A stretch of DNA of 45,511 nt, from sequence record PQ433350.1, one strand, 5' to 3'. The notes beneath the pieces were generated by a model. It was not told where the DNA came from and searched no databases. It saw only the letters and a program-made list of their open reading frames with translations. A program made the position numbers and the translations under genes. Numbering within the stretch: the first letter of the stretch is position 1; each line of letters begins with the position of its first letter. Positions 43,772 to 45,511 of the stretch are shown one piece after another. The stretch is from Escherichia phage vB_Ec-G8.

Positions 43772-44137
43772 ATGTTCTACATTGAATTCAACGGATACAA
43801 AAAAGACAAAGAAGAGTGCGGTGGTTTATTTTCTGTTGGTAAAACTTACGCATGTGATGTTGTTGACTCAGGTGTTTACTATCAGGTTATGGATGATGAA
43901 GGTAAAGCTGTAAAATTTAGAAGCATGTTTTATGATAATTATTACAGCTTTTCACGAGTTGAACATAATGAGGTGGAGGTCAATTTGTTAAGTGATACAA
44001 ATGATGGCAAGATGAAATATAGAATGAATGGTATTGATGTTACTAAGTCATTCTTTGATGAAAAACTGATTGAGGCTGAGGGGCTTAAATCCAAGGGTGT
44101 TTCAGTGCTTATAGATTTTGAGGTTTATTTTGAATAA
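43772..44137 (+). CDS. Hypothetical moron protein (121 aa), paralog of 31477-31809
   Basis: ATG 43772 preceded by full element + leader (CACACAAACGAGAGGATATAAAA); terminator downstream. Confidence 0.5.
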   Translation: MFYIEFNGYKKDKEECGGLFSVGKTYACDVVDSGVYYQVMDDEGKAVKFRSMFYDNYYSFSRVEHNEVEVNLLSDTNDGKMKYRMNGIDVTKSFFDEKLIEAEGLKSKGVSVLIDFEVYFE

Positions 44138-44156
44138 ACTAAATTAGTGTTAAACT

Positions 44157-44184
44157 AGGTCAATCGAAAGGTTGGCCTTTTTTA
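44157..44184 (+). terminator. Terminator-RBS module before gpK
   Basis: AGGTCAA-tcgaaagg-TTGGCCT (one G-U) + T6 then ATTGGAGA. Confidence 0.6.
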
Positions 44185-44195
44185 TTGGAGATAAA

Positions 44196-44954
44196 ATGTT
44201 AACACCAAAAGTTAAGCTGGAAATCTTCCAGCACGCAAAAGAAGTCTTCCCGCATGAGTGCTGCGGGATTGTTACGCAGAAAGGTAGGGCGCAGAAATAC
44301 CACAGAATCAAGAACGCCAGCAAAGACCCTGAAAATGAATTCATCCTTGATTCAAATGAGTATGCAGATGTTCTCTTTGAGTTGGCTCACAATGAATCTA
44401 TTGTTTACGTAGTCCACTCCCATACTGGTGATGGAGCGACAACGAGGCCTAGCCCAGCAGATATCTGTAGCTGCAATGAATGCGAGATCCCTTACGTTAT
44501 TGTAAGCATACCAGAGGGAGATATGCGGATTCTTGAACCATCAACCATGCCGCTGATTGGTCGACCATGGGGGCTTGGTAGCTTTGACTGCTGGGGTCTT
44601 GTGATGGGATTCCACAAGAAATACGGAGTAAAACTGAATGACTACCGAGTCAATTACCCGTGGTGGGAGAAAAGGTACAATGAAAATACCTATGACGACA
44701 ACTGGATTAAGGAAGGATTTGAGCTGGTAAAAACTTCAGATATTCCGATTGGATCAATGATTATGATGCAGGTGCAAAGTGATGTGACAAACCACGCCGG
44801 AATCTACATTGGAAATAACAGATTCATTCATCACCTTTATGGCAAAATGAGTTCAGTTGATATCTACTCCGATTACTGGCGAGAGCGCACTGTGCGAATC
44901 GTTCGCCATAAGGATTTACCAGAGGATGTAATTTATGACCCAGAAACTGATTGA
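44196..44954 (+). CDS. Tail assembly protein (lambda gpK-like; JAMM/MPN + NlpC/P60 domains)
   Basis: 252 aa from ATG 44196; JAMM motif (HSHTGDGATTRPSPADI), C-terminal NlpC/P60-like Cys-His region. Confidence 0.85.
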   Translation: MLTPKVKLEIFQHAKEVFPHECCGIVTQKGRAQKYHRIKNASKDPENEFILDSNEYADVLFELAHNESIVYVVHSHTGDGATTRPSPADICSCNECEIPYVIVSIPEGDMRILEPSTMPLIGRPWGLGSFDCWGLVMGFHKKYGVKLNDYRVNYPWWEKRYNENTYDDNWIKEGFELVKTSDIPIGSMIMMQVQSDVTNHAGIYIGNNRFIHHLYGKMSSVDIYSDYWRERTVRIVRHKDLPEDVIYDPETD

Positions 44955-45507
44955 TATTAAGCTAGGCCTGTCTCTGGGCCGTAAGTTTGGAAAGATTCAC
45001 CAGATGGCAGTGAATAGTGTGCCAGAGGCAATGAGAGCACTTTGTTCTCAGATCCCAGCATTCAAGGAGTTCATGAATAGCCATGTCGGGCAGAACACAA
45101 GGTACGCAGTATTTGTAGATGGTAAAAATGTGAACGAGCATCGAATCTCTGATTTTAGTGCCGTTCAGGAGATACGCATCTTGCCAATCCCGCAAGGCCG
45201 AAAGTCAGGCGGTTTGTTTCAAACAATTTTGGGCGCAGCACTTATCACGGTTGGTATCTTTACTGGCCAGATTTATCTTGTTGGCGCTGGTGTTTCTCTG
45301 GCTGCTGGCGGTATTGCTCAATTACTATCACCGCAAGCAACTGGATTAAAGACCCAGAATAACCAAACAAGCAACAAGGCCTCTTACGCATTCGGATCCG
45401 CAGTAAACACGGTTGCCGCTGGATATCCAGTTTGCCTGCCTTATGGTTATCGAACGGTTGGCGGCTCTGTGTTTAGTGCTGGCAGCTACGCCGAAGACAA
45501 TGCTTAA
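44935..45507 (+). CDS. Tail assembly protein (lambda gpI-like)
   Basis: 190 aa; overlaps gpK 3' end; Gly/Ala-rich hydrophobic C-terminal half; immediately precedes gpJ in the circular order. Confidence 0.8.
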   Translation: MTQKLIDIKLGLSLGRKFGKIHQMAVNSVPEAMRALCSQIPAFKEFMNSHVGQNTRYAVFVDGKNVNEHRISDFSAVQEIRILPIPQGRKSGGLFQTILGAALITVGIFTGQIYLVGAGVSLAAGGIAQLLSPQATGLKTQNNQTSNKASYAFGSAVNTVAAGYPVCLPYGYRTVGGSVFSAGSYAEDNA

Positions 45508-45511
45508 ACAT

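Overview
The window reads as an essentially complete, circularly permuted genome of a virulent T1-like (Drexlerviridae-type) siphovirus of an enterobacterial host, about 45.5 kb. No homology search was run; all calls rest on motifs read directly from the sequence and the ORF track. Plus strand: lambda-like tail tip gene J (38-3463), a recombination/Dam module (6.0-8.8 kb), SF2 helicase and VRR-NUC nuclease (13.3-15.8 kb), small early ORFs, an HTH-metallophosphoesterase, an HNH homing endonuclease, a lysis cassette of holin, SAR endolysin and unimolecular spanin (19.4-20.5 kb), a second array of small early ORFs (25.1-28.6 kb), tRNA-Arg(UCU), then the full morphogenesis operon from terminase to tail assembly proteins K and I (29.3-45.5 kb). 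Minus strand: a candidate receptor-binding protein with Cor-like lipoprotein and Rha-like regulator (3.5-5.4 kb), a large beta-helix tail fibre, primase and HTH protein (8.9-13.2 kb), and a P-loop ATPase operon plus small early genes (20.5-24.3 kb). The most striking feature is a family of about 21 copies of one strand-specific intergenic element that combines stop codons in all three frames, a TAGCA-N5-TGCTA palindrome, a -10 box and a conserved leader/RBS, bounding almost every early gene and three morons inside the late operon. Two homologous divergent control regions (5.6-5.9 kb and 24.7-25.0 kb) and an iteron-like repeat cluster (24.49-24.58 kb) are also present. No integrase, repressor, CRISPR array or transposase was seen.
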